From NCBI GenBank assembly GCA_944391345.1, contig CALXTE010000004.1:29275-93274 (forward strand): a stretch of 64,000 bases of DNA, written 5' to 3'. The stretch is from an uncultured Alphaproteobacteria bacterium (lineage in GTDB: Bacteria > Pseudomonadota > Alphaproteobacteria > RF32 > CAG-239). Both the position numbers and the translations under genes were made by a program. Below are positions 28,887-38,509 of the stretch, piece after piece. Positions within the stretch are counted from its first letter, which is position 1; every line of letters starts with the position of its first letter. Below the pieces are notes generated by a model that was given only the letters and a program-made list of their open reading frames with translations, made no database searches and was not told the DNA's origin.

Positions 28887-29810
28887 ATGGAAACAACAAA
28901 AAAATTAGATTTGGAGAAAATCTCGCGCTATCTGTGTTCGGTGTATGTTGATAAGCTGGTAGGGTTTGAGATGGTTAAGGATGCGGCATTGTATCGTGTC
29001 GGCCTGCTTGGTAAACAACCAGAGCTTTATGTCTATGCCGTTGCCGTAATTTTTGCCAGCAAGGACAATCCTCAGTTTCGGTTGCAGTTGCTGTATTATC
29101 CGATTGCAAATGAGACGGCTCTGGAGACCTCTGTTATCCTTTCTGAAAATACATATTCCAACAAAAGAGAATTTTACAGCAAGTATGTGAAGTTTTATGT
29201 GCGTCATGGTGAATATTTTCAAGAATGGCGCGGCTTTTGTGGAATGCCTGAAAGTGTAGCAGATGCCAGAGCGCGGTTGAACGCAAGGTTTTTGTTTTCG
29301 TCTGATGAAGAACTGGAAAGAGAGGCCTTCGTTCCGAACAAAAAGTTGATTCCCTATCATTCGGCGGTTGATTGCGGCTATCTTTATCGTTTTGCCGGCT
29401 CAAAACGTGTCAGAACATTTGTTGTTCATGGTAAATGTGAAGAATATTGTTTGAACGAAGTGTTGGTTGAGTTGTCGTCGCCCTGTATCTTTGCCTTGTC
29501 TTCCGGAAAAATCTATTATTTTACCGGAAGTCGTTTTACCGCACGGAAGAGTGGTGTATTATCCAAAGATGAAGCCCGTTCTTATTTTGAGGACATTGTT
29601 AAGCAGTATCCGGGAATTAAGTTCTATGGGCATTTGATTCCTATTTATGAGGGAAAACAAGAAGATAGCATTCCATCATGGATTGTTGGATATCATGATT
29701 CTAAGCTTGTGGCTGTTTCTTTGAAAAGCGGAGAGGCTCATTATGCCGACCTGAACTTTACGATTGCGGCTCCTGATGATGTGTTGTTTTTTCCAAAATC
29801 TAAAATCTAA
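28887..29810 (+). CDS. Orphan protein (307 aa), paralog B
   Basis: Own promoter (TTGACA 28808-13, N16, TAGATT) and terminator. Distant but co-linear similarity to 27818-28774 over the C-terminal half. Confidence 0.65.
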   Translation: METTKKLDLEKISRYLCSVYVDKLVGFEMVKDAALYRVGLLGKQPELYVYAVAVIFASKDNPQFRLQLLYYPIANETALETSVILSENTYSNKREFYSKYVKFYVRHGEYFQEWRGFCGMPESVADARARLNARFLFSSDEELEREAFVPNKKLIPYHSAVDCGYLYRFAGSKRVRTFVVHGKCEEYCLNEVLVELSSPCIFALSSGKIYYFTGSRFTARKSGVLSKDEARSYFEDIVKQYPGIKFYGHLIPIYEGKQEDSIPSWIVGYHDSKLVAVSLKSGEAHYADLNFTIAAPDDVLFFPKSKI

Positions 29811-29815
29811 AATTT

Positions 29816-29842
29816 AAGCCGGGCTTAGGCTCGGCTTTTTTG
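29816..29842 (+). terminator. Rho-independent terminator that overlaps the 3' end of the convergent flhB-like gene
   Basis: AGCCGGGC-TTAG-GCTCGGCT followed by TTTTT. Confidence 0.7.
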
Positions 29843-30145
29843 TGCATTCATTTTATAGATGTAAGATAAAATTTCGGCCACGGCGGCAAAGGCTTCGGTC
29901 GGAATTTCTTCATCAATATCAACCGCCTTTAAGATTTCGACTAAGTCGGCGTCTTGGCGGATTTCTATTCCTTCCGATAAGGCAATTTGGATGATTTTTT
30001 CGGCAACGTGGTCTTGACCTTTGGCTAAAACTTTTGGCGCGTTGTCTTTTTCTTTGTTATATCCCAAAGCAACAGCATAAGCTGGGGAAAACTCTTCGCC
30101 GTTCTTGTTTTTATCTTTTGATTTGTTATTATCCGAATCAGACAT
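29825..30145 (-). CDS. Stand-alone FlhB C-terminal-domain-like protein (EscU/YscU/FlhB export-switch family)
   Basis: AVALGYNKEKDNAPKVLAKGQDHVAEKIIQIALSEGIEIRQDADLVEIL is the conserved FlhB-C core. Divergent from flgB. Confidence 0.8.
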   Translation of the reverse strand: MSDSDNNKSKDKNKNGEEFSPAYAVALGYNKEKDNAPKVLAKGQDHVAEKIIQIALSEGIEIRQDADLVEILKAVDIDEEIPTEAFAAVAEILSYIYKMNAQKSRA

Positions 30146-30217
30146 ATTTTGTGCCTTTTATATTTGCCACATTTGTTATTTTATGCTCTTTTTTAGTGTT
30201 TGGCAATGGTTTTTACT

Positions 30218-30233
30218 TGGCACGAAATTTGCA
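30218..30233 (+). promoter_or_regulatory. Sigma-54 (-24/-12) promoter for flgB-flgC-fliE
   Basis: TGGCACGAAATTTGCA: GG at 30219-20 and GC at 30231-32, with consensus TGGCAC-N5-TTGCA spacing, 58 bp upstream of the flgB ATG. Confidence 0.75.
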
Positions 30234-30290
30234 TGCAGATTTGTCATGTTGGGGAATATGGCACTGCGTTTGGGGGAAAGGAGTGAGCTC

Positions 30291-30710
30291 ATGGATTTGA
30301 ATAATCTGGCTCTTTTTAGAATGGTTGATAAACAGCGCTCTTATTTGAGTGAGCGGCAAAAAGTGTTGGCAACAAATGTGGCTAACGCAAATACGCCTAA
30401 CTATTTGCCAAAAGATATTGAAAAACCTGATTTTTCTTATGAACTTGAACAAGTTAGCGAGAAAAAGTTAGAGCTTGCAAAGACGAATCCTAATCATCTT
30501 GACTTTCCTTATCAAAAGCCATCAAACTCAGAGTTTCGGGTTTATACGCCAAAGCCACAGAATCCGCTTTCTCTTGACGGAAACGGAGTTGTGATTGAAG
30601 ATCAACTTAACGAAATCAGCAAAAACAAAGGTGATTATAATCGTATGGTGACGATTTATACCTCTTTTCGTGATATGCTGAAAACCGCTAATACAAAGAT
30701 TACGTCTTAA
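30291..30710 (+). CDS. flgB: Flagellar basal-body rod protein FlgB
   Basis: ATG follows GGGGGAAAGGAG. LSERQKVLATNVANANTPNY is the rod-protein N-terminal signature. The upstream part of the ORF-track entry (30105-) is non-coding leader. Confidence 0.9.
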   Translation: MDLNNLALFRMVDKQRSYLSERQKVLATNVANANTPNYLPKDIEKPDFSYELEQVSEKKLELAKTNPNHLDFPYQKPSNSEFRVYTPKPQNPLSLDGNGVVIEDQLNEISKNKGDYNRMVTIYTSFRDMLKTANTKITS

Positions 30711-30722
30711 GCGGAGGGGTAG

Positions 30723-31136
30723 ATGAACGGAGATTTGTCAGTCAGCGCCGATATTGCCGTTTCCGGAATGAAAGCTCAGGCTCAACGTTTGCGCGTTATT
30801 TCTGAGAATATGGCTAATGCCGAGTCTGTGGCTACTACAAAAGGCGGAGATCCTTATCGTCGTCAGGTGGTGACTTTTAAGCAATATATCGACCAAGAAA
30901 CCGGTGCCGATATGGTTAAGGTGGATAAAGTTATTCAAGACGAATCGCCTTTTGTGCTGAAATATGATCCGTCTCATCCGGCGGCAGATGATCAGGGCTA
31001 TGTTAAAATGCCGAATGTTAATCCGTTGATTGAAATGATGGATTTGAAAGAAGCTCAGCGCTCTTATGAGGCTAATTTGAGCGTGATGCAAACTTCAAGA
31101 GATTTAAACTCTCGAATTTTGGATGTTTTGAAATAA
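30723..31136 (+). CDS. flgC: Flagellar basal-body rod protein FlgC
   Basis: SGMKAQAQRLRVISENMANAES, PYRRQVV, VKMPNVNPLIEMMDLKEAQRSYEANL. Confidence 0.93.
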   Translation: MNGDLSVSADIAVSGMKAQAQRLRVISENMANAESVATTKGGDPYRRQVVTFKQYIDQETGADMVKVDKVIQDESPFVLKYDPSHPAADDQGYVKMPNVNPLIEMMDLKEAQRSYEANLSVMQTSRDLNSRILDVLK

Positions 31137-31146
31137 TTAGGGGAGA

Positions 31147-31479
31147 ATGATTGTGATTAATGATGTTTCAAGTGCATTAAATGCTTATCAACAAGCTTTA
31201 GGCCGTCTTAGCGGAATGACGCCGGCTAAGTCTTCGTCTGCGGCTGAGGAGACAAAATCTTCTTCTGATTTTGGGCAGGTATTGTCTTCGGTTATGGATG
31301 AGGCGGTTGATACAATGAAAAATGCCGAGAAAATGTCTATGCAAGGAATCGCCGGAAAAGCTGATGTTCAAGATGTGGTTTTAGCAATCTCAAATGCTGA
31401 GCAAACCCTTGATACGGTTGTGGCCTTGCGTGATTCGGCAATCAAGGCCTATCGTGAAATTATTCAGATGACCATCTAA
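31147..31479 (+). CDS. fliE: Flagellar hook-basal body complex protein FliE
   Basis: 110 aa, third gene after flgBC. The C-terminal AISNAEQTLDTVVALRDSAIKAYREIIQM is FliE-like. Confidence 0.85.
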   Translation: MIVINDVSSALNAYQQALGRLSGMTPAKSSSAAEETKSSSDFGQVLSSVMDEAVDTMKNAEKMSMQGIAGKADVQDVVLAISNAEQTLDTVVALRDSAIKAYREIIQMTI

Positions 31480-31565
31480 AAGATAAATTTTTTCCGGTCT
31501 TTTGAAAAAAATGCTTGATTTATTTTTTGAAGTGGATTATTAACATTCTTGTTCGTTTTTCTTGT

Positions 31566-31651
31566 GCGGCCATGGCGGAACTGGTAGACGCGTAACGTTG
31601 AGGTCGTTATGGGCTAAGCCCGTGGAAGTTCAAGTCTTCTTGGCCGCACCA
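31566..31651 (+). tRNA. tRNA-Leu (anticodon GAG), CCA encoded
   Basis: Acceptor GCGGCCA/TGGCCGC. Anticodon arm TAACG-TTGAGGT-CGTTA. Long variable arm GGGCTAAGCCC. T-loop TTCAAGT. Promoter TTGATT-N17-TATTAA lies upstream. Confidence 0.92.
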
Positions 31652-31774
31652 AAATTCCTCTGATGAAGAGGGATTTTTTTTGTGCGTATGTTTATTTTAC
31701 GCTTTTGTTCGTTATTTAAAAAATGTAAAAAAGAGGCAGATTTTGTTCTAAGCATCAGTCGTAAAGGAGGGATT

Positions 31775-33205
31775 ATGAAAAAAAGCATAAAGTCACGTAA
31801 GCCCGTTCTGAAGTCTTCTCGGCTGAAGCGTTCTAAAAAGCAAGCTTTACATAAAAATCAGGTGCTTGGTCTGGGCGCCAAAATGGTTAATTCCGTCCTT
31901 ATCGGGTTGGAAGAAAATGATGCCTCGCATGTCAGAAAAATCGTTGAAGGGCTTGATGAATATGATTTGGCGCGCCTTATCGAATCTCTTGATGTTGATG
32001 AGCGTAAAAAGTTAATTGAGATTTTGGGCGATCATATTGATCCAAGCGTTTTTCCGGAATTAAACGAAGTTGTTCAAGAGCAAGTCATTGAGACTCTTGA
32101 CGAAGGTCAGATTGTTAACATTGTTAATGAACTTGATTCTGATGAAGCTGTTGAAATTTTGGAGCATATGGATGATGACGAGCAGAAGTCCATTCTTAAT
32201 CAACTATCTCCGGAGTTAAAATATCAGGTCAGTTCGTCTTTGCATTATCCGGAAGATTCGGCCGGACGTATTATGTCGCGTGATTTTGTGGCGATGCCTG
32301 ATAATTGGACTGTTAAAGAGGCCAAAAACTTTTTGTTGACCGATGAAAATTTGCCGGACGAATTTTTTACAATCTTTTTGACCGATGATAAGATGCATCC
32401 GACCGGAGAAATTGCTCTGGATAAGCTTTTGCGCGCAAAGGCTGGCGAAAAGTTATCTGCCGTGATGGACGGTGAGATTGTGCCGATTGATGTTTATACC
32501 GATCAGGAAGAAGTGGCGCATATGTTTCGTGAATATGGATGGCGCGCCGCCGAAGTTGTGGACAGTAAAGGTCATTTGGTGGGGGTTATCAATATTGACG
32601 ATGTGGTCGATATTGTTCACGAAGAGGCTTCTGAAGATATTATGCATCTGTCCGGTGCAGAAGAGGGCGATGTTTATAAGTCCGTCAACAGTATTTGGAA
32701 GTCGCGTATTCCGTGGTTGATTACAAATTTAATCGCGACGCTGTTGGCGTCTTCTGTGGTCAGAGGATTTGAAAGCATTATTGCGCAGATTTCGATATTA
32801 GCGGTTTTGATGCCGATTGTGGCGTCAATGGGCGGCACAACCGGAAACCAGACTTTGGCCGTTGTGGTGCGAGCTTTGGCAACAAAAGAGCTGACCTCAC
32901 GCAACACGCTGCGCATGATTTTTAAGGAATTTATGGTCGGTTTTATGAACGGATTTTTATTTGCCGGACTGATTGCGCTGATTACATGGTTGTTGTTTCC
33001 GGATTTTCATAAGCTGAGCTTGGTTATTGCGATTGCGATGTTGTGTAATTTATGTATTGCTAGTCTTGCCGGTATACTTATTCCGCTGGTGTTAAACAAG
33101 CTGAAGGTTGATCCGGCCGTTTCTTCCGGTGTGTTTTTGATTGCTTTAACCGATTCCGGCGGGTATTTCATTTTTCTCGGACTTGCCAAGCTTTTGCTCT
33201 TTTAG
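31775..33205 (+). CDS. mgtE: Magnesium transporter MgtE
   Basis: ATG follows AAGGAGG. N-domain, tandem CBS region, and C-terminal TM domain with MPIVASMGGTTGNQ. Confidence 0.9.
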   Translation: MKKSIKSRKPVLKSSRLKRSKKQALHKNQVLGLGAKMVNSVLIGLEENDASHVRKIVEGLDEYDLARLIESLDVDERKKLIEILGDHIDPSVFPELNEVVQEQVIETLDEGQIVNIVNELDSDEAVEILEHMDDDEQKSILNQLSPELKYQVSSSLHYPEDSAGRIMSRDFVAMPDNWTVKEAKNFLLTDENLPDEFFTIFLTDDKMHPTGEIALDKLLRAKAGEKLSAVMDGEIVPIDVYTDQEEVAHMFREYGWRAAEVVDSKGHLVGVINIDDVVDIVHEEASEDIMHLSGAEEGDVYKSVNSIWKSRIPWLITNLIATLLASSVVRGFESIIAQISILAVLMPIVASMGGTTGNQTLAVVVRALATKELTSRNTLRMIFKEFMVGFMNGFLFAGLIALITWLLFPDFHKLSLVIAIAMLCNLCIASLAGILIPLVLNKLKVDPAVSSGVFLIALTDSGGYFIFLGLAKLLLF

Positions 33206-33298
33206 CAGATAAATTGCGCATATCTTGTTTTTCTGGCTTTATCATTCCCAAAACAGAAGTTATACTGTTGTCAGTTTTTTATATTTAGGAGAAAAAAT

Positions 33299-33757
33299 TT
33301 GCGACTGGGGCTTATTGTTGCTTTGGGTGTCTTTGTTTTAGATCAGCTGACAAAGTATTGGGTCAGAATGGATTTATTAAGCGGGCGCGGTATGATTATG
33401 GTGACGGACTATTTTAATGTTGTTACGGCGTGGAATACCGGCGTTAGCTTTTCGATGTTTGATAGTTATGGTGTCTGGGGAATTATCGGATTGTCCTTGT
33501 TGGCGCTGGTCATTGTCGGATATTTATTATGGTGGATGAAGCATGAAAGCAGTCCGTTATTGCTGGTGGCTCTTGGCTTTATTGTCGGCGGGGCTATTGG
33601 TAATGTGGTTGATAGGATTTGGCTTGGTGCGGTTTTTGACTTTTTGGATTTTCACTATGGGGTGCATCATTGGCCGGCGTTTAATGCCGCAGACAGTTTT
33701 ATTTGTATCGGTGCCGCCATCATTATTTTTGACAGTATATTTTCTAAAAAAAGCTAA
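33299..33757 (+). CDS. lspA: Lipoprotein signal peptidase (signal peptidase II)
   Basis: LDQLTKYWV, NTGVSFSM, GGAIGNVVDR, FNAADSFICIG. TTG start after AGGAG. Confidence 0.9.
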   Translation: MRLGLIVALGVFVLDQLTKYWVRMDLLSGRGMIMVTDYFNVVTAWNTGVSFSMFDSYGVWGIIGLSLLALVIVGYLLWWMKHESSPLLLVALGFIVGGAIGNVVDRIWLGAVFDFLDFHYGVHHWPAFNAADSFICIGAAIIIFDSIFSKKS

Positions 33758-33770
33758 GGAGGTTTAGGTG

Positions 33771-34085
33771 ATGAAAAAAATTGTTATGCTTGCAATAATG
33801 GCAATGTCGGTCGGTGCATGTTCCACGGTTGATAAAATGTCTTGGGCGCAACAGTCTCCGGATGAATTTATGGTGATGTCCAGAGCGCCTTTGTCTTTGC
33901 CGCCGGAATATGATAATCGTCCGGTTACGACGCCTTTATCTTCTCAGCAAAAACAAGCTGCTCTTAAGGCTAAGTTTAATGGTTTGTCCAGCGGCGAGAA
34001 AGCCTTTATGAAACAAATCGGAGCGGAAACTAACAATGATAATATCCGTACCGAGTTAGACAATGAGATGAAAGTTTCTGAATGA
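33771..34085 (+). CDS. DUF3035-like small lipoprotein
   Basis: Lipobox MSVGAC. PDEFMVMSRAPLSLPPEY motif. It holds the conserved alphaproteobacterial position between lspA and the M16 peptidase pair. Confidence 0.7.
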   Translation: MKKIVMLAIMAMSVGACSTVDKMSWAQQSPDEFMVMSRAPLSLPPEYDNRPVTTPLSSQQKQAALKAKFNGLSSGEKAFMKQIGAETNNDNIRTELDNEMKVSE

Positions 34086-35416
34086 TAAAATTTTTTAAGG
34101 CAATAGTCACAGCGGTAATATTGAGCTTTGTTTTGCCGCTTTCTTCTGCGCAGGCAAAACTGTTTGATATTGAAGAGTTTAGGCTTGATAATGGCTTGCA
34201 AGTTATTGTTATTCCTAATCATAAAGCCCCGATCGTTAAGCAAATGGTTTGGTATAAGGTCGGAAGCGTAGATGAGCCGGCCGGAAAGGGCGGATTGGCA
34301 CATTTGCTGGAGCATTTGATGTTTCGCGGAACCGAGGATGTTGAAGACGGTGCGTTTAATCAGATTGTCAGCGATAACGGTGGAGTGATGAATGCTTTTA
34401 CATCGCGTGATGTGACGGCTTATCATGAGTTTGTGGACATTACGCGGTTGGAACTGATGATGTTTTTAGAAGCAGACCGTATGCAAAATCTTAACATTAC
34501 GCCGGAAGCTTTTGAAAAAGAAAGAAAAATTGTTTTTCAAGAGAGAATGCAGATGGTCGAAAACAATCCGACGGCGGCTTTTGGAGAGATGATGCGGCGG
34601 ACATTGTGGCAGGAACATCCTTATGCACGTCCGGTTAGCGGTTTCCCAAATGAAATTATGTCTTTAACCCTTGAAGATGCTCAAAATTTTTATAAGATCC
34701 ATTATGTTCCCGATAATGCTGTTTTGGTTTTGTCCGGTGATATTGATGCGGTTACGGCTCAGACCTTAGCTGAGAAATATTTTGGTAAAATCGAAAAATC
34801 AGATTATAAAAATAATACAGAATTTCAAAATATTAAAAGTGAAACTTCAAGTAAAGTATTAAGTAAAGCACCGCAAATCGAAACCTCTCGTTTTGTGAAG
34901 AGTTTTGTTGTTCCGTCTTTGGGGCAGGATAAGTCTTTAGCTTATGCCTTTGTTTTGTTGTCGGCTTATTTGGGCGAAGGTGATACGTCGCAGCTTTATC
35001 GCCGCTTGGTTGAAGATGAGAAAGTTGCCGTTGCGGTCAGCACAGCTTATGATTTTTCGGCGCGCAGTTATGGAACTTTTTCAATTTCTGCTTTGCCGGC
35101 GCAAGGTGTTTCGGTTGAAACTTTTGAAGAAAAGCTCAATGAAGCTCTGGAAGATTCTATCCGTAGCCTAAATTGGGAAGAACTCCATAAGGTTAAAAAT
35201 AAGGTTTTGGCCGGACTTATTTATCTGAAAGACAATCCCAGCGATGCGGCTGAAATTGTTGGCTCATTAGCTGCTGTCGGTATTTCGGTAGAAGATATTG
35301 AAAATTATGATCAAAATATTGAAGCGGTTAAGCTTCAGGACATTAATAATGCCGTAAAACTTTTGCGCAAGGCGGTTAATGTTCAGGGCTTTTTGCTTCC
35401 GCAGAAAGGAGCTTAA
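34082..35416 (+). CDS. M16 (pitrilysin) family zinc peptidase, active subunit
   Basis: Inverted zinc motif HLLEHLMFRG and downstream E residues. Signal peptide present. Confidence 0.88.
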   Translation: MIKFFKAIVTAVILSFVLPLSSAQAKLFDIEEFRLDNGLQVIVIPNHKAPIVKQMVWYKVGSVDEPAGKGGLAHLLEHLMFRGTEDVEDGAFNQIVSDNGGVMNAFTSRDVTAYHEFVDITRLELMMFLEADRMQNLNITPEAFEKERKIVFQERMQMVENNPTAAFGEMMRRTLWQEHPYARPVSGFPNEIMSLTLEDAQNFYKIHYVPDNAVLVLSGDIDAVTAQTLAEKYFGKIEKSDYKNNTEFQNIKSETSSKVLSKAPQIETSRFVKSFVVPSLGQDKSLAYAFVLLSAYLGEGDTSQLYRRLVEDEKVAVAVSTAYDFSARSYGTFSISALPAQGVSVETFEEKLNEALEDSIRSLNWEELHKVKNKVLAGLIYLKDNPSDAAEIVGSLAAVGISVEDIENYDQNIEAVKLQDINNAVKLLRKAVNVQGFLLPQKGA

Positions 35417-35419
35417 TCT

Positions 35420-36841
35420 ATGGCACGTCGTATTTATCATAAAAAAAGTTCTTTTTCTCCAAAGTTATTTAAGTTTTTAAGCTTTGTGGTGTTAATTGTT
35501 TTGGTTGTTTATGGCGGGCGCTCTTTATACAAGAGTTTTAAGTTTAATCCACAGCGTTTGGTTGAAAACTCGATTCTTAAAGAAAATACTTTTCATGCCG
35601 ATGTTAAAGAAATAGTTTCACGCAGCGGGATAAAAGCCTATTATTTTGAAGACAAGGCGAATCCGATTATCGCGTTGTCTTTTCGGTTTAAAAATTCCGG
35701 CTCGGCTTTTGATGAAAAAGGAGAGTTGGGTGTTTCACAGATGGCGGCAGCTTTGCTGACCGAAGGTGCCGGAGATTATTCAAGCCGTCGTTTTAAAGAC
35801 ATTCTCGATGAAAAAGCAATTTCTATCTCTTTTGCGGCCGGCGTTGATGATTTTTCGGGGGCAATGCTGACGCTTAAACAAAACCAGAAAACAGCCGCTC
35901 GGCTTTTGAAATTGGCCTTGACGGAGCCGCGCTTTGATGATGATCAAATTCGGGCGGTCAGAGAGCAGTTGTTGACTTTGCTTAAACAGCAAAAAGAATT
36001 TCCGGACAGTGCTCTTTCTTTGGCTTGGGGAAAAGAGATTTATGGTTCTCATCCTTATGGGCGTAATCCGGTCGGAGATGATGACGATATTAGAAATATC
36101 GGCTCTGAGGCGTTATCAACCTTTGTTAAAAACCATTTGGTGCGTAAAAATTTGATTGTCGGTATTGCCGGTGATTTGTCAGAAGATGATGCTAAAAAGT
36201 TGATTGACCAGATTTTTGGGGCTTTACCTGAAAGCGGGACGCAGTCTTTTGTTGATAATGCCTTAATAAATTGGACCTCTCGTGAGTTTAATCTAAGCCG
36301 ACCGATGGCTCAGAGTATTGCAACTTTTACGGCGCCGGGGGTTAAGCGTAGTGATGCTGATTTTTATCCGCTTTATATTGCCAATGAGATTTTTGTCGGA
36401 CAGGGGCTGACTTCTCGATTGTCTAAAGCATTACGCGAAGACAGAGGATTGACTTATGGTGTTTATGCTTATTTGAGCATTCAAGATAAGGCTCAGCTTA
36501 TCAAAGGCGGATTTTCTTCCACGGCTGATAATTTTGATGAAGCAAAGGCACTCTTGACCAAAGAATGGATTAAAATGGGAAAAGAGGGCGTGTCTGAAGA
36601 GGAATTGGAACAAGCCAAGAGTTATCTTATTTCCTCCTATAACTTGCGTTTTGCCTCTTTGCCTAATATTGCCGAGACGCTTGTGGCAATGCAGGAAGAA
36701 AATCTCGGAAGTGATTTTTTAATAAAGCGAAATCAATATATTAAAGATGTGACGCTAGAACAAGTGAATAATGCGGCACGCAAGTATTTTGATGCCAATC
36801 GCTTGATTTGGGTTAATTTTAACAGTACGAAACAAAACTAA
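35420..36841 (+). CDS. M16 family peptidase, non-catalytic partner subunit
   Basis: Same fold and length as the previous gene but lacks HxxEH (has MAAALLTEGAG). N-terminal anchor. Confidence 0.8.
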   Translation: MARRIYHKKSSFSPKLFKFLSFVVLIVLVVYGGRSLYKSFKFNPQRLVENSILKENTFHADVKEIVSRSGIKAYYFEDKANPIIALSFRFKNSGSAFDEKGELGVSQMAAALLTEGAGDYSSRRFKDILDEKAISISFAAGVDDFSGAMLTLKQNQKTAARLLKLALTEPRFDDDQIRAVREQLLTLLKQQKEFPDSALSLAWGKEIYGSHPYGRNPVGDDDDIRNIGSEALSTFVKNHLVRKNLIVGIAGDLSEDDAKKLIDQIFGALPESGTQSFVDNALINWTSREFNLSRPMAQSIATFTAPGVKRSDADFYPLYIANEIFVGQGLTSRLSKALREDRGLTYGVYAYLSIQDKAQLIKGGFSSTADNFDEAKALLTKEWIKMGKEGVSEEELEQAKSYLISSYNLRFASLPNIAETLVAMQEENLGSDFLIKRNQYIKDVTLEQVNNAARKYFDANRLIWVNFNSTKQN

Positions 36842-36854
36842 GGAGTGTGTATAG

Positions 36855-38504
36855 ATGTTTGACAGTCGTATTAACAAGTCAAAAGCATGGAAAAAGTTGG
36901 AAAGCCATTGCAAGTCAATGCGCAAGGTGTTGATGCGTGATTTGTTTGAGAAAGATTCAAAGCGTGCACAGAAATTTACGGAATCTCTCGACGATACAAT
37001 TATCCTTGATTATTCAAAAAACAGAATTACTGAAAAAACAATGTCTTGTCTTATGGATTTGGCTCGTTCTCGGCATCTGGAAGAAAAAATTAAAGCCATG
37101 TTTCGTGGTGATAAAATCAATATTACCGAAAATCGTGCCGTGTTGCATATTGCTTTGCGTAACCGTGAAAATCGTCCGATAGAGGTTAACGGAAAAGACG
37201 TGATGCCGGATATTAATGCGGTACTCAAGAAAATGCGCCAGTTTAGTGAAGATGTTCGCTTTGGCAAGTTTAAAGGCTATACGGGTAAAAAGCTGGTTAA
37301 TATTGTTAATATCGGAATCGGCGGGTCGGATCTTGGTCCTTATATGGCAACTGAGGCGCTACGCAAGTATTGGATGAAGGGGATTAACTGCTATTTTATC
37401 TCAAACATTGACGGGACAGCCTGTGCTGAGGTTTTGAATAAAGTTGATCCGGAAACGACGCTCTTTATTGTTGCTTCTAAGACATTTACGACGATTGAAA
37501 CGCTTACGAACGCCAAAACCTGCCGCAAATGGTTGGTTGATGCTCTCGGAGAGCCGGCTGTTTCTAAGCATTTCGTGGCTTTGTCAACCAATGCAGAGGA
37601 AGTTGCTAAGTTTGGTATTGATACCAATAATATGTTTGAGTTTTGGGATTTTGTCGGTGGTCGTTATTCTATGTGGTCGGCTATCGGATTGTCCCTTGCT
37701 ATTGCCGTTGGAATGGATAATTTTGAAAAAATGCTTGAAGGGGCGTTTGCCATGGATAAGCATTTTGCCGAAACTGAACTGGAGCACAATATTCCGGTGA
37801 TTTTGGCGCTGCTTGGCATTTGGTATAATAATTTTATGGGAATTCATCGCTATGCGGTTATCCCTTATGACCAATATTTGCAATATCTTCCGTCTTATTT
37901 GCAGCAGTTGGATATGGAGTCAAACGGCAAGTTTGTTGATGTGAATGGTGATTATGTGTCTTATGCTACCGGTCCGGTATTATTCGGAGGCGCCGGAACG
38001 AATGTTCAGCATTCCTTCTTCCAGCTGATTCATCAGGGTACAGAGATTGTGCCTTGTGATTTTATTGCGCCGGCGATTTCTCATAATGAAATTTCTAATC
38101 ATCATGAGATTTTGTTGGCTAATGTTTTGGCGCAAGGTGAGGCTTTGATGAAGGGAAAAACCGTTAAAGAAGCTGCCGAAGAGCTCAAGGCTGCCGGAAA
38201 ATCGAAAGAAGAAGTTGAATTTTTGAAAAAGTTCAAAAGTTTTGCCGGAAACCGTCCTTCTAACATGATTTTGCTGAAAAAAGTTGATCCTTATTCTTTG
38301 GGCGCTTTGGTTGCCATGTATGAACACAAAGTTTTTGTTCAAGGCATTATCTGGAATATTGATTCTTTTGACCAGATGGGGGTTGAGCTCGGGAAAAAGC
38401 TGACCTTAAACATTTTGCCTGAGTTGCAAAATGCGTCTGCCGAATTAAAGCACGATTCTTCAACTAATGCTTTGATTAAGCTTATTCGCGACTTTAGAAA
38501 GTAA
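36855..38504 (+). CDS. pgi: Glucose-6-phosphate isomerase
   Basis: 549 aa. NIGIGGSDLGP, ASKTFTT, GGRYSMWSAIG, QQLDMESNGK, QHSFFQLIHQG. Confidence 0.95.
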   Translation: MFDSRINKSKAWKKLESHCKSMRKVLMRDLFEKDSKRAQKFTESLDDTIILDYSKNRITEKTMSCLMDLARSRHLEEKIKAMFRGDKINITENRAVLHIALRNRENRPIEVNGKDVMPDINAVLKKMRQFSEDVRFGKFKGYTGKKLVNIVNIGIGGSDLGPYMATEALRKYWMKGINCYFISNIDGTACAEVLNKVDPETTLFIVASKTFTTIETLTNAKTCRKWLVDALGEPAVSKHFVALSTNAEEVAKFGIDTNNMFEFWDFVGGRYSMWSAIGLSLAIAVGMDNFEKMLEGAFAMDKHFAETELEHNIPVILALLGIWYNNFMGIHRYAVIPYDQYLQYLPSYLQQLDMESNGKFVDVNGDYVSYATGPVLFGGAGTNVQHSFFQLIHQGTEIVPCDFIAPAISHNEISNHHEILLANVLAQGEALMKGKTVKEAAEELKAAGKSKEEVEFLKKFKSFAGNRPSNMILLKKVDPYSLGALVAMYEHKVFVQGIIWNIDSFDQMGVELGKKLTLNILPELQNASAELKHDSSTNALIKLIRDFRK

Positions 38505-38509
38505 CGTTC

